Source: the human T2T-CHM13v2.0 reference genome, Homo sapiens. From it: a stretch of 64,000 nucleotides of DNA. The stretch is taken from NCBI RefSeq assembly GCF_009914755.1, contig NC_060927.1; one strand, 5' to 3'. Shown piece by piece: positions 39,571 through 57,410 of the stretch (positions are counted from its first letter, which is position 1; every line of letters starts with the position of its first letter). The position numbers and the translations under genes were made by a program. Under the pieces are notes generated by a model, which worked only from the letters and a program-made list of their open reading frames with translations, was not told the origin of the DNA and did no database searches.

Positions 39571-40269
39571 TCACCTCAGGGCCTCATTTTTTGCTAAGAT
39601 GAGTAAAATTACATTTCTCATAACTTCCTGGGGCATTTGAGTATCACTGATACTTTTAAGTTTAGTTAAATTGAAATAACACTTCATATCTGTTTTTATT
39701 ATCGCTGCAAATACTATTTACTAGACATTGAATACCAACATCACAGGCTAAATGAAACAGATCATAGGAAAGGCTACAGACCAAAGACCATTAGATTAAC
39801 TATATTTAGGATTTTTTGAAAATGCATATGGTCCATCAGGGCCCTGATTACTCTTTTAATAACTACCAATATCCACTAGTGAAGCTGCTCAGGAGCCCTG
39901 AGTAACTTCTGCAATTTCAGGCAAAATAGTAAACGTTTCAGGCTTGGATTTTCTCATCTAAGGATATTATTAAGCTTCAACATTATTTTTTTTTCTTGTT
40001 TACAAAAAATTTTGTACCACACCATAGCAGTAGGAAATTATTGAATTGTAAACTTTTGCAACTAACAAAACTGTAGACAGCATTTAAAGTTAGCTGAGGC
40101 CCCTAGAGTAAATTTTGAAAGATCATAGTGAGAGTGTCAGAATTAGAATTCAGATGTCCTGCTTTCTGTCTTAGTATGTATTCATTCTAAAGTGAATTTA
40201 CTCCATAATTCTCCTCTCACTGGGAAAATGAAACATTATCGTTAGTCTCTGTACTTTTTATTCACAATG

Positions 40270-41160
<891 letters not shown>

Positions 41161-41169
41161 TACTTAGTC

Positions 41170-41580
41170 TATTTTGGTGGAGCACAGCTGGGCAGTTTAT
41201 TTGATATTGGCTGGGGTCATTCATGGATCGGCATGCATGATAAGCTGCCAAGTTGACTGATGGCTGGATGGTGCAAGTATGGCCTCAGCTAGGATGTATT
41301 GTATCTGCTCTGCATGGTCGTCTGTCCTCCAGTAAGCTATCTTGCTTATTCGAATCTATGGTAGCAAGGCAGGGTTCCAAGAGAGGAAGAAGGCTGATAA
41401 CTAACACAATGTAACTTCCACCACATTCTATTAGCCACAGCCAAACACAGGACCAGACTACATTCAAAATGTGGAAAAATAGTCTTAGTTCTTAATGGAA
41501 TGAACTGCAAAGCTACACTCATAGGAGTGTCGATATGGGGAGGGGAATAATTGCAGATAATTTTGTGAACAATTTACTAA
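41170..41580 (-). mobile_element. MLT1 (MaLR) LTR, old subfamily
   Basis: aacttccaccacattctattagccacagccaaacacaggaccagactacattcaaaatgtggaaaaatag. Confidence 0.7.
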
Positions 41581-42234
41581 TGTTATCCAGGAAAATCAGA
41601 ACTCTTGTACACACATGCCATTTCTTCTATTTCATGATAATAGTTTGGGTTATGTTTTATGAAATGAGAAAAATTAACAAAAAAGAATGTCGTGTAAATT
41701 TAAAACTAAAAGGAGTGGTAGAGACTTCAATCTTTTATAATACACTGCCTTCCAAATGCCTGTCTCGAAACATTCATTACAAAATTCTAGATGTGTGATC
41801 ACACTTCTAGCCACACGTCTTAACATACGCTTCACTTGGTTATTAGAAGATTTTCAGTTTTGCACTAGTTGCTAAAGATTTCAAGTAAAGTCCAAATTCT
41901 AATCTTCTCTTGAGAAATAGAAGTTCCAGAGCATTAAGATCATGCTGCTTCATCAACTATTAATGCATAAGATAATGTTTTATGCGTCCTCGGCATGCCT
42001 CTTTCACGTTACTAGCTTCTCTTTTTTAGGTTACCTTCCTAACCTTTAGAAGCTTTGGAGTTTGTAACCCCTTGCTCTATACTATATACTCAAATCTCTT
42101 GTTAATTCAGTTATTAACTATCAATATTAGACAGGATAATTAATTAATGTATTTTTCTTAGTGTAGAAGAATGAAACATAATGAAAACAAGTTATCTCTT
42201 CCCCATTCTCTGCCCTCTATCTCAATAAGAATTA

Positions 42235-42838
42235 GCAATGCATTACATTAAAGATCTTGTAATAATGCTAATTCAGACTCAGTGGGTCTGGTTGGAACTT
42301 GAGATTCTGCATTTCCTTTTTTTTATACTTTAAGTTCTGGGATACATGTGCAGAACGTGGAGGTTTGTTACATAGGTATACATGTGCCATGGTGATTTGC
42401 TGCACCCATCAATCTGTCATCTAGATTTTAAGCCCTGCATGCATTAGGTATTTATCCTAATGCTATCCATCCCCTTACTCCCCACCCCCAATAGGCCTTG
42501 GTGTGTGATGTTCCCCTCCTTGTGTCCATGAGATCTTATTGTTCAACTCTCACTTATGGGTGAGAACATGGGGTGTTTGGTTTTCTGTTCCTGTGTTAGT
42601 TTGCTGAGAATGATGGTTTCCAGCTTCATCCATATCCCTGCAAAGGACATGAACTCATTCTTTTTCATGGCTGCATAGTACTCCATGGTGTATATGTGCC
42701 ACATTTTCTTTATCCAGTCCATCACTGATGGGCATTTGGGTTCCAAATCTTTGCTATTATAAATAGTGTGAGATTCTGCATTTCTAACAAGCTCCCAGGT
42801 GATGTCTTTGCTGTATGGATCCCACAATGAGCAGCAAA
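42235..42838 (-). mobile_element. MER5A-type MITE split by an L1PA insertion
   Basis: cagtgggtctgg...gagattctgcatttc | gagattctgcatttctaacaagctcccaggtgatg. Confidence 0.7.
42316..42768 (-). mobile_element. 5'-truncated L1PA (approx. PA7/PA8) 3' end
   Basis: Reverse L1 3'UTR plus ORF2 C-terminus ([16 protein letters not shown]); perfect 16-bp TSD TGAGATTCTGCATTTC (42300-42315 / 42769-42784). Confidence 0.95.
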
Positions 42839-43131
42839 ATCCTGAAGAACTGCAACCTCCCTAAGTTCCAGGGCAACATTTAAGAGGCTTTTTTTCACAA
42901 CCTAAAGTTCAAGAAGATAAAAAACTGGATTGTCCAGGAGGAGGGTAGATTGCTGTTTGGACAGTGCATAGGAAGAATTGTCCAGTACAAAGGGAAGATT
43001 CCTAGGCCTGGAAAAGAGCTCCTGTAATTAGTAGGGATCTGTTTCTACCAAGAGCCAGCCTCACAGGGGTAACAAGAAACTGGTAAGTCAACTAAAGATG
43101 ACTCAGGTTCTGACATAAAGAATAGTGGTAG

Positions 43132-43307
43132 CAGAGCAGGCTTCAAGAACACAGGACCTGTGCAGTCACACAGAGCCCTATGCTCAGAAGGGCGAGCACT
43201 TGGTTTAAAGATCTGCTGTTACCATCTAGAAATCCTTAATAAATTTGAACAAAGAGCCTTGCGTTTTCATTTGGCCCTGAGCTCCACAAATTAGGTGGCT
43301 GTTCCTG
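43132..43307 (+). mobile_element. MER45A (hAT-Tip100)
   Basis: gacctgtgcagtcacacagagccctatgctcagaaggg...cacaaattaggtggctgttcctg. Confidence 0.8.
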
Positions 43308-43627
43308 AGTACCGTGAAAGTTACCTCAAAAGATCCCCATTTGAAAAGAAGCAGAAGGAAGTCACCCATCTTTGAGAGGTGATTCTTGGGTTCAGATAAT
43401 AAACATGTAAAAGTTATCATTGTGAACTTATCTCTAAGCTCATCCTACCCCACACCTCCATACTCCCCATTCCTCCATCACCTTTGAGTGTCATTTAATG
43501 TCACCTAAGTCTCAATACATTTCTGCTGCCTCAGAAAAGGGAGTCCTCAAACAAGATTGAGCCTGAATTTTTCGTCACTTAGATGAGTACAGGCTTAGAA
43601 TTAAATTTACTTTGATTTACATAACTA

Positions 43628-43799
43628 GTGTGTGTGAGTGTGTGTGTGTGAGTGTGTGTGTGTGTGTGTGTGTATGTGTGTGTGTAGATAGGGTTTCACT
43701 GTGTTGCCCAGGCTGGTCTTGAACTTCTGGTCTCAGGGATCCTCCAGCCTCAGCCTCCCAAAGTACTGGGATTACAGGCACGAGCCACAGTGCACAGCC
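43628..43799 (-). mobile_element. FLAM_C/Alu left monomer with a (TG)n tail-derived microsatellite (43628-43685)
   Basis: gggtttcactgtgttgcccaggctggtcttgaac...cccaaagtactgggattacaggc preceded by TG repeats. Confidence 0.85.
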
Positions 43800-45546
43800 T
43801 AATATTGCATTTTCAAAGTCTTGTGTGGTAGATAAAGGAACATAACCACTGCATAGGTTTAGAAAAACAGATCAATCTGATTAACAATTTTATAGGTGGT
43901 CAAGAACAGTTATAAGTATACAAACACCTAGCCAAAAGGACATGGTGTCAGCTAAATTGATTGACTGCTAAATGGAGGGTAGCTGGTGATTACATCTTTT
44001 CTACAGATTTTGCTGTATCCACACCGTAAAAGCAGTGTTAGTGTGGGCCATGAGCCAAGAAGGGAAGAGAGCTGCATTACAGGGACCAGGCATTCTGGTG
44101 GCATTCATTAAAATCAAATGCTGTCAGGCATCTTGAGTGATGAACTGGAGCAGAAAGCAATTGACATTTGTTCAGATCTTTCAAGAGACGCTAGATGTGT
44201 GAACAAGAAGAGTTCGAAGATCTTCATTAGTCATGAAGTGATGCATCAAAGCTTGCACGGAAGCTTTGATGCCCAGAGGCCCAAGAAAATACATGTGTCA
44301 AAATCAGAAGTGAAGTCCATGTTGATTTTTTTTCTCCTTTGACATCAATTGCCTTGTTCGTGTAACATTAATCTCACAGGGTCTATTTATCCTATATGAT
44401 TAGAAATTAAGACACAATTGACAATGTCTATATAATCTAGTAAAATTGAACTCTGTTTTTTTTTCCTTTAAAATGGAGCAGGTAGTTTATCAAATACCTA
44501 CCACTGAGAAATCTGCTGCTTAGCACAAAAGGCTGTAAAAGAATACAAAGATGAAAGCCTTGGGCATGGGCAATCGAGTTTATACTTTCTATAGATAGAT
44601 AAGACATGGACAAAAATGAGGTAAAAAGTCATGTCACGTGAAGGATACTATGAAAAATGTTTACAGTTATTGTGAATCCAGGAGCTTTATTCCTTTTTGG
44701 AAAGTTTGAAAGGGAGGATTAAGAAACAGTTGATAGAAGATGATTCACCCTTCTTGCTCAGTTTTAAGAGATTGGTCGAGTTTGACTTCTTATTGTTAAT
44801 GGGAAGGCTTTTCTAGGTACAAAAAGCAACCTGGATAAAGATGTGGAGGCAGAGAAGAGTGGGCACGTATTCACTTTGAGAGAACATTAGAAGCCTAATG
44901 TGAAAGACAAGTGGAGGGCAAAAATGCAAAAGTCGGAGAAAGTCCTAATCCCTAGTTGGTTCTAATGCTTTCAATTGCCTGTATATTGGTTTATGTATTC
45001 ATTTTTAGAGAACTTTTTAAAGCTTTAAATATTCTTATGCTCATATTGATTCCAAAAACGGAGACACTACAGAGTTTGCTATTTTTTACAAATGTATTTT
45101 TAGAGCAGTTTTAGATTTATAAAATTATTGTGAAAATAACACAGACAATTCTCATATATGCCACCCTCAGTTTCCACTATTGTAAATATCTCACATTAGC
45201 ATGATACATTTGTCATAATTTGTAAAGTAGTATTGTTACACTTATTAATCAAAGCATGTTCATTTTTCAGATGTCATTAATTTCCTTTTTTTTCCTTTTC
45301 TTTTTTTTTCCTTTTCTTTTTTTTTTTTTAATTATACTTTAAGTTTTAGGGTACATGTGCACATTGTGCAGGTTAGTTACATATGTATACATGTGCCATG
45401 CTGGTGCACTGCACCCACTAACTCGTCATCTAGCATTAGGTATATCTCCCAGTGCTATCCCTCCCCCCTCCCCCCACCCCACAACAGTCCCCAGAGTGTG
45501 ATATTCCCCTTCCTGTGTCCATGTGATCTCATTGTTCAATTCCCAC

Positions 45547-49361
<3,815 letters not shown>

Positions 49362-49424
49362 TATGATGTTAGCTGGTTATTTTGCTAGTTAGTTGATGCA
49401 GTTTCTTCCTAGTCTTGATGGTCT

Positions 49425-50440
49425 TTACATTTTGGCATGATTTTGCAGCGGCTGGTACTGGTTGTTCCTTTCCATGTTTAGCGCTTCCTTCAGGAGCTCT
49501 TTTAGGGCAGGCCTCGTGGTGACAAAATCTCTCAGGATTTGCTTTTCTGTAAAGTATTTTATTTCTCCTTTGCTTGTGAAGCTTAGTTTGGCTGGATATG
49601 AAATTCTGGGTTGAAAATTCTTTTCTTTAAGAATGTTGAATATTGGCCCCCACTCTCTTCTGGCTTTAGGGTTTCTGCCGAGAGATCCGCTGTTAGTCGG
49701 ATGGGTTTCCCTTTGAGGGTAACCCGACCTTTCTCTCTGGCTGCCCTTAACATTTTTTCCTTCATTTCAACTTTGGTGAATCTGACAATTATGTGTCTTG
49801 GAGTTGCTCTTCTCGAGGAGTATCTTTGTGGCGTTCTCTGTATTTCCTGAATCTGAACGTTGGCCTGCCTTGCTAGATTGGGGAAGTTCTCCTGGATAAT
49901 ATCCTGCAGAGTGTTTTCCAACTTGGTTCCATTCTCCCCATCACTTTCAGGTACATCAATCAGACGTAGATTTGGTCTTTTCACACAGTCCCATATTTCT
50001 TGGAGGCTTTGCTCATTTCTTTTTATTCATTTTTCTCTAAACTTCCCTTCTCGCTTCATTTCATTCATTTCATCTTCCATCGCTGATACCCTTTCTTCCA
50101 GTTGATCGCATCAGCTCCTGAGGCTTCTGCATTCTTCACGTAGTTCTCAAGCCTTGGTTTTCAGCTCCATCAGCTCCTTTAAGCACTTCTCTGTGTTGGT
50201 TATTCTAGTTATACATTCTTCTAAATTTTTTTCAAAGTTTTCAACTTCTTTGCCTTTGGTTTGAATGTCCTCCTGTAGCTCAGAGTAATTTGATCGTCTG
50301 AAGCCTTCTTCTCTCAGCTCGTCAAAGTCATTCTCCATCCAGCTTTGTTCTGTTGCTGATGAGGAACTGCGTTCCTTTGGAGGAGGAGAGGTGCTCTGCT
50401 TTTTAGAGTTTCCAGTTTTTCTGTTCTGTTTTTTCCCCAT
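49425..50440 (-). pseudogene. L1 ORF1p, disrupted
   Basis: MGKKQNRKTGNSK start at 50440; premature TGA at 50147-50149; frameshift near 49665 (AETLK|PEES). Confidence 0.9.
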
Positions 50441-50749
50441 CTTTGTGGTTTTATCTACTTTTGGTCTTTGATGATGGTGATGTACAGATGGGTTTTTGGT
50501 GTGGATGTCCTTTCTGTTTGTTAGTTTTCCTTCTAACAGACAGGACCCTCAGCTGCAGGTCTGTTGGAATACCCTGTCGTGTGAGGTGTCAGTGTGCCCC
50601 TGCTGGGGGGTGCCTCCCAGTTAGGCTGCTCAGGGGTCAGGGGTCAGGGACCCACTTGAGGAGGCAGTCTGCCCATTCCCAGATCTCCAACTGCATGCTG
50701 GGAGAACCACTGCTCTCTTCAAAGCTGTCAGACAGGGACATTTAAGTCT

Positions 50750-51000
50750 GCAGAGGTTACTGCTGTCTTTTTGTTTGTCTGTGCCCTGCCCCCAGAGGTG
50801 GAGTCTACAGAGGCAGGGAGGCCTCCTTGAGCTGTGGTGGGCTCCGCCCAGTTCGAGCTTCCCCACTGCTTTGTTTACCTAAGCAAGCCTGGGCAATGGC
50901 GGGCGCCCCTCCCCCAGCCTCGCTGCTGCCTTGCAGTTTGATCTCAGACTGCTGTGCTGAGATCACAGCAATCAGCGAGACTCCGTGGGCGTAGGACCCT
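50750..51000 (+). promoter_or_regulatory. L1 antisense promoter region with ORF0 start (ATG 50896), ORF0 frameshifted
   Basis: ATGGCGGGCGCCCCTCCCCCAGCC = MAGAPPPAS of ORF0; the C-terminal half (VGVGPSKPGVGY..VRRFLS) is in another frame. Confidence 0.75.
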
Positions 51001-51869
51001 CCAAGCCAGGTGTGGGATATAATCTCCTGGTGCGCCGTTTTTTAAGCCCGTCGGAAAAGCACAGTATTCGGGTGGGAGTGACCCGATTTTCCAGGTGCCG
51101 TCTGTCACCCCTTTCTTTGACTAGGAAAGGGAACTCCCTGACCCCTTGCATTTCCCAAGTGAGGCAGTGCCTCGCCCTGCTTCTGCTCGCGCACGGTGCG
51201 TGCACCCACTGACCTGCACCCACTGTCTGGCACTCCCTAGTGAGATGAACCCGGTACCTCTGATGGAAATGCAGAAATCACCATCTTCTGCGTAGCTCAC
51301 ACTGGGAGCTGTAGACCGGAGCTGTTCCTATTTGGCCATCTTGGCTCCTCCCCCATTAGTTTTCACCTATCCATTTTTTTGTTGTTGTTCTAGGGTTTCA
51401 TCAAGGATACCACATTAAATTTAGTAGCGTTGTCTGCTGAGGCTTCTCTCAGTTGTGACAGTCTCTCAGACTTTCCTTGCTTTTGAGGACTTAATAGCTT
51501 TAAAGGTTGATATTCAGGTATTTTGCAGAATGTCCTTCAAATAGGGTTTACCTGATGTTTTCTTTGTGATTAGGCTGGGGTTGTGGATCTTGGGAGGAGA
51601 TGACAAGGTAAAGTATTATTTTCATCACATCATATCAAGGGTACATCATATCAATATGACTTATGACTGTTGATGTTAATATTAACCTTAATCACCTGGC
51701 TGATCTTTTATGTCATGCTACGCCACTGTAAAGTTATTCTTTTTTTTCCCACATTTCTGTACTCTTGGAGGAAAGTTACTGGGAACCATTCATACTTCAG
51801 GAGTCGGGAAATTCCATCTTATATGTTCCACATTAAGGGCTGAGTATCTACAGTTGATTATATTTGTGT

Positions 51870-54295
51870 GAGACTATTTCTAGGCTCAGTATTCTGTTAT
51901 ATTGGTCTATAGGACAGATATTCTATTAAAAATGCTATGCTGTCTTCATTACTGTAAACTTATAGTAAGTCTTGGTATTGGTGGTAAGTCTTCCATCTTT
52001 GTTCCTCAGTGTTTTGATGCCTAGGTCCTTTGCCTTTCTATTTAACTTTAGAATCAGTTTGTCATTATCTACAAAACATTATTTTACTGAATTTTAATTG
52101 GAATTGCATGAAATCTGTACATCAAGTTTGAAAGAATTAACATTTTAGCATTATTGATTCTTCCAATCAGTTAACACAGATTATTTCTCCATTTATTTAT
52201 TAATAGATCTTCCTTGATTTTAACAGTGCTTTGTAGTTTAAAGCATATAAATTCTGTATGAATTTTGTTTATTAATATCTAATATTTCAATTTTTGTGGT
52301 GCTATTGTAAAAGGCATTTTTTATAAATTTCAAATTTCAGTTGTTCATTCTATTATATAGGAAAGCAAATGGATTCTGATCATTAACCTTATATCCTGTA
52401 ATATTGCTATGTTTGCATATTAGAAATGAGAATGCTTTTGTTGATTCTTTTGCATTTTCTACATAAGCAATCATGTTGTCTGTATATAGAAATGGTTTTT
52501 GTTTAATAATTTCCAATCTACACACCATTTATTTCCTTTTCTTATTATGTTCTAATAACTAGCATATCCCATACAATGTTGACTGGGACTGGTGAAAGGT
52601 ATGTACTTGTCTTGTTCCTGATCTTAGGGGGAAAGTTTCGAGTTTCTTACCATTAAAAATAATGTTAGCTATATGTATTTTTTTTGTAGAAGTTCTTTTC
52701 AAAATTTAGGAAGGCTCTATCTAATCCTTTGTTTGTTGAGAGTTTTTATCATGAATTGGTGTTGAATATTGAGAAATATTTTTCTACATCAATTAATATG
52801 GTCATATGATTTTTCTTCTTCAGGCTGTTGATGCGATGGATTACAGTGATTGATTTTCAAAAGTTGATTCAGCCTTGCATACTTATAATGAATACTGTTC
52901 AGTTGTGGTATATAATTATTTTTATACATTGTTGTATTTGATTTGCTAATATTTTGTTGAGAATATTTGCATGTGTGTTTATGAGTATTACTGGTCTGTA
53001 GTTTTCTTTCTTGTAATGTCTTCATCTGGTTTTGGTACTGAGGTAACGCCAACCTCATAGGATCAGTTAGGAAGCATTCTCTGTGCTTCTATTTTCTAAA
53101 AGAAATTGTGAATAATTGGCATACATTTTTCATAAATATTTGGTATAATTCAGAATTAAAATAATTGGGCTTGATTCTTTCTATTTTTGGAAAGTTATGA
53201 AGTATTGCTTTAACCTTTTGAATAGATATAGGTCTGTAGTAATTGAATAATATCCTCCAAAATTCATATCCATCCAGAATCTCAAAATGTGACCTTATTA
53301 ATATTTGAAAATAGGATCTTTGTATATGTAACCAATGTAAAGAACAAGATAGTGACATATTGGATTAGTACATGACCTAAATCCTGTGAGAGTATCCTTA
53401 CAAGAAAAGGACACAAGAGAAACAGAGAAAATGATATGAAGACAGAGGCAGAAATTGGAGTGATGTATCTACAAATTAAGAAACTTAATGTGTCCACAAA
53501 TCAAGAAATTCCTGGGATGGGTGGTTCTGTCAACATCTTGATTTTGGACATCTGGACTAGAAATTACAGAGAATGAATTTCTATGTTGTTAGCCACCAAG
53601 TTGGTGGTAATTTGTTATGGCAGCCACTGGAAACTAACACAGGTCTATAAAAATAATCTAAAGTTCCTATGTAAGTTTTTGAACCATGTGTCTTTTGAGA
53701 AATTGGTCCATTGCATCTAAGTTATTATATTGTGGGCATATATTTATTAACAGTATTGCTAAAGGAATTATTGTTTTAATGTCAGTGGAATTTGTAGTGA
53801 TGACCACTTTTATTATATTGGTAAATTGTATCTTCTCTATTTTTCTCGGTTAGTCTATCTAGAAGCTTATCAATTTTATTTATCTATGTTAAAAAAACTA
53901 GATTTTTGTTTCTCGGATTTTTCCTATTGTTTTTCTGTTTCAATTTTATTTGATAAGTAGTCTGATTTTTATTATTTCATTTCTTTGCGTGTTTTAGGTA
54001 TAAACTGCTCTTGTTTTATCAAACCCAACCACATATCATTAAACTCATCAAACTTACCATTTTGCTATTCTGACCAGTTTACAGCTTTAACAGCATTTGC
54101 TCCACATAAGCAGATGTCAGCTGTGACTCTCTGGGTATGCCTGTCTTTCCAGATTTAGAGGTGACCATTTGCCCTGAAACTTCATTTATCTGATGGATCA
54201 AAAACAAATCATTGATTTCATTTTGTGCAGTTTTCATTGTTGTAAGGACAGGAAGATAGGTTCCAAGTTCTTTACATGCTGCAATTAAACTGAAA
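51870..54295 (-). mobile_element. Old L1M (MA/MB-type) ORF2 relic
   Basis: LYTDNMIAYVENAKES (ORF 52337-52528) is a decayed FADDM region; typical reverse L1 sequence. Confidence 0.8.
53235..53641 (+). mobile_element. MLT1B/C-like solo LTR nested in the old L1
   Basis: tgtagtaattgaataat...cagaatctcaaaatgtgaccttatt...tttgttatggcagccactggaaactaacaca; aggtc flanks both ends. Confidence 0.85.
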
Positions 54296-54410
54296 AGGTC
54301 TCAGTTCTTTTTATTTTTTAATTGAGTACTTAGTACCTGCCAAGTATTATTTAAGTATTGAGGGTTTTACAGTGAATAATGCCTCAATGAGCTTACATTA
54401 CATTGAAAAA

Positions 54411-54785
54411 GGCACATATACGCCATGGAATACTATGCAGCCACAAAAAAGGATGAGTTCCTGTCCTTTGCAGGGACATGGATGAAACTGGAAACCATCA
54501 TTCTCAGCAAACTAACACAGGAACAGAAAACCAAACACCGCATGTTCTCACTCTTAAATGGAAGTTGAACAATGAGAACACATGGACACAGGGAGGGGAA
54601 CATCACACACTGGGGCCTGTTGGGGGGTGGTGGGCTAGGGGAGGGATAGCATTATGAGAAATACCTAATGTAGATGATGGGTTGATGGGTGCAGCAAACC
54701 ACCATGGCACATGTATACCTATGTAACAAATCTGCACATTCTGCACATGTATCCCGGAACTTAAAGTATAATAAAAAATTAAAAA
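54411..54785 (+). mobile_element. 5'-truncated L1PA 3' fragment (approx. PA6-PA8)
   Basis: ggcacatatacgccatggaatactatgcagcc...cccggaacttaaagtataataaaaaa. Confidence 0.93.
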
Positions 54786-56743
54786 TATAAGCAGTAGAAT
54801 TCATTAGTTTCAAGAGTATAGTAAGTTTATGTGAAAATATTCTAATAGCTTTGCCTATAATACAGGGGAAGAGGGTAAGGGAAAAAAAAGACAGAAATAA
54901 GCGAGTAGATAAAATAAGATAAAATAATAAATAAGGCAATTTCAAATAGTGGAGGTAATGGATAGTGATAAAGAGTGATGGGGGCTAATTTCGCAAGTGT
55001 GATGATGGAAAACTTCCTTAGGAGCTTCATTTGGGAGAACTGAATGAAAAGAAATAGCTAGTGCTGTCAAGTGCAAGAAAATAGATTGCCAATAAAAACA
55101 CTGAAGAGTGAAGAGCTCTGAGCAGGGTTGAGCTTGCTTTATTTTGGTAATCCCAGGAAAGCCAATGTGGTTGTTGCTGAGCAAGCTGGGGAAAAGCTGT
55201 AATAGATGAAGTTGGATGTATTTGGAGCACTAGGCAGGGATTAGAACATGTTGGTGCTGATGGGAAAGGATTGTAGGCAGAGTTTTAGAGAGAGGTAGGA
55301 TCAGAGTCATCCTGGACACTTGTTTGACAGAGCCTCTGCAGGCACCCTCATAGTGGTTGAAATTCACATACAACATAATTTATTGCTATTGTGTTCACAT
55401 TTTTCCCACTCTTTCTTTCTTTGCAGTAATTGTAAAAGTAGGCTAGAAAACATAGAAGAAAATAATTCAAAGATTTTCTTACTTTCCAACATAAACCAGA
55501 TGATCCAATAACCATAAATACCTGCCTCACCTGTAGAGAGGACAGATTAAACTACAAAGCAACATGCATCCAAGTAATCTGAGACTTTCTTCATGCTCTT
55601 GGACTTGTTTATATGCGGTTTCTTTGTATCTCTCCCTGACTCTCTGTTGCTCTCTATTTTGTCTTCCTTCTGTCCTCTTTCTCTTTCTCTCCCCTCCTTT
55701 TTTAAACCTTGTTCTGTCTATCTATCATCATTTATCTATTTAATCGAATCTAATCTGATCTAATTCAAGGATCTGCAAAGGTAAATCTGTCAGCTTTGCA
55801 ACATTAGCTTGACTAGAGAAATTTTATGCTTCAACAATATAGAATTATTTGCTTTTCTTCAAACTAATTCTGCCTCCGCTGTTCATGCTGTTTTCCTTCC
55901 CTTTGGTTATCACCACCCTGGCTCTCTCCTACAGAAATCCTGCCCTTCCTGTAGAAGTCGGTTCAAATGTTATCTTCTCTACAAATGACTTATTGAGAAT
56001 CAAAATACTAGAGATGACTTTTGGCCTAGGGAGTGTTGAATATGAATTGTGCTTTGGGAAAATTACTCTGATATAAGTATGCAAAGTAGGTTTAAGATAA
56101 AGAAGTAAAAGGGAATATAGTTCAGGTTTGTAAGGCTCAGAAAGCATGACTTTTAATAGCCTGCAAGCCATTTTCCTCAACTCCCTGCAGGTTTTGTACT
56201 TTTTCCATAGTCATACGTGTCAGTGGCACAAGGGGTCAGTAATTTTATTACTTAATGTGAACAAATGAGTTCTGGATGTTTGACGGAAGAGGCTGAGTCT
56301 CTGTGATGATGACAAAATCAGTAGCTTTCTCTCTGGAGTTGAAAGAATACTATGTAAACATGGCTGTGAGTCACACGTATTCAATTTAGGCAATTGCATT
56401 TGGACATATGATGATTCTATCTGAAAATGGAATCAGTCAGGGAGAAAAATGGACTTTGTGAGGCTGAACAAATAAGTCACTCACCAAAAATTGAAATTTT
56501 CATTTTATCCCTGAGTTCTTAGATAAAGCTGTCCATGTCTCTGAATCTCAAGACACTTCTTCTCTTTTTTCTCCCTTGTGTTAAATAAGATGAAGTGTTT
56601 GAGTGTGTGTGTGTGGTGTGTGTACATGTACATGGATGTGCATTTACCAAAGGTCTACAATGACCCTGATGTGTTTAGTGCACAGCAAGATGCAAGGCAA
56701 TGTAGCTATTGCTGCATTTGTACACCTGCAGCCTGCATGGCAT

Positions 56744-56747
<4 letters not shown>

Positions 56748-56805
<58 letters not shown>
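56748..56805. repeat. (TC)n microsatellite, ~29 units
   Basis: Uninterrupted TC run followed by a further ~60 nt of pyrimidine-rich sequence. Confidence 0.97.
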
Positions 56806-56808
<3 letters not shown>

Positions 56809-57199
56809 CCACCTCCCTTGCTCCCTCCTTCCCTCTTACCACTACCTCTCCCTCTCTACTTTCTCAGTCCAAATCAAAATGAAAGTGATAATATGATGTG
56901 CCTTCACAAGCTAATTGGACTCCCAAAACCAAATAAAATAACACTAGGTTTCTTTGGGAATCTGAGTTAACTAACTTTATATCTTCATGTTTGTAAAACT
57001 ATGATTTCTACTTCTCTTGTCCTTCAGTCAGAGCTAATCTGAAATGTGCATTGTCATTATTGTTTCTAGTGGCATATGGCCTTTGTTTATGAGCAAGACC
57101 ATCCCCTAACATGCTTTAAGTTACTGAGGCAGCAATTGTAGGTCAAGACTCAATCTTCGGAACTATATTCCACATATTGAAGTAGTAGTAGTAGTAATA

Positions 57200-57410
57200 G
57201 TAGTAACACTATATATCATTTATTTGGCAATTATTATGTATCAGGCATGGTGCTAAGCATTTGATATATAGTATTTAATTTAATCCTTTCAGTCAACCTC
57301 TGCAATAGCATTACTATTTTTATTTGGCAATGAGGGACTTTAGGTGTGTACATAGAGCACACAACTTGGAAATGTCACATCCTGTGTTCAATCCCAATCC
57401 TACTGGAATT
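57200..57410 (-). mobile_element. MIR
   Basis: tattatgtatcaggcatggtgctaagcattt...tttaatcctttcagtcaacctctg. Confidence 0.7.

Noticed and set aside
56578-56970. 130-aa ORF with SL repeats
   Set aside because: Product of the (TC)n microsatellite.
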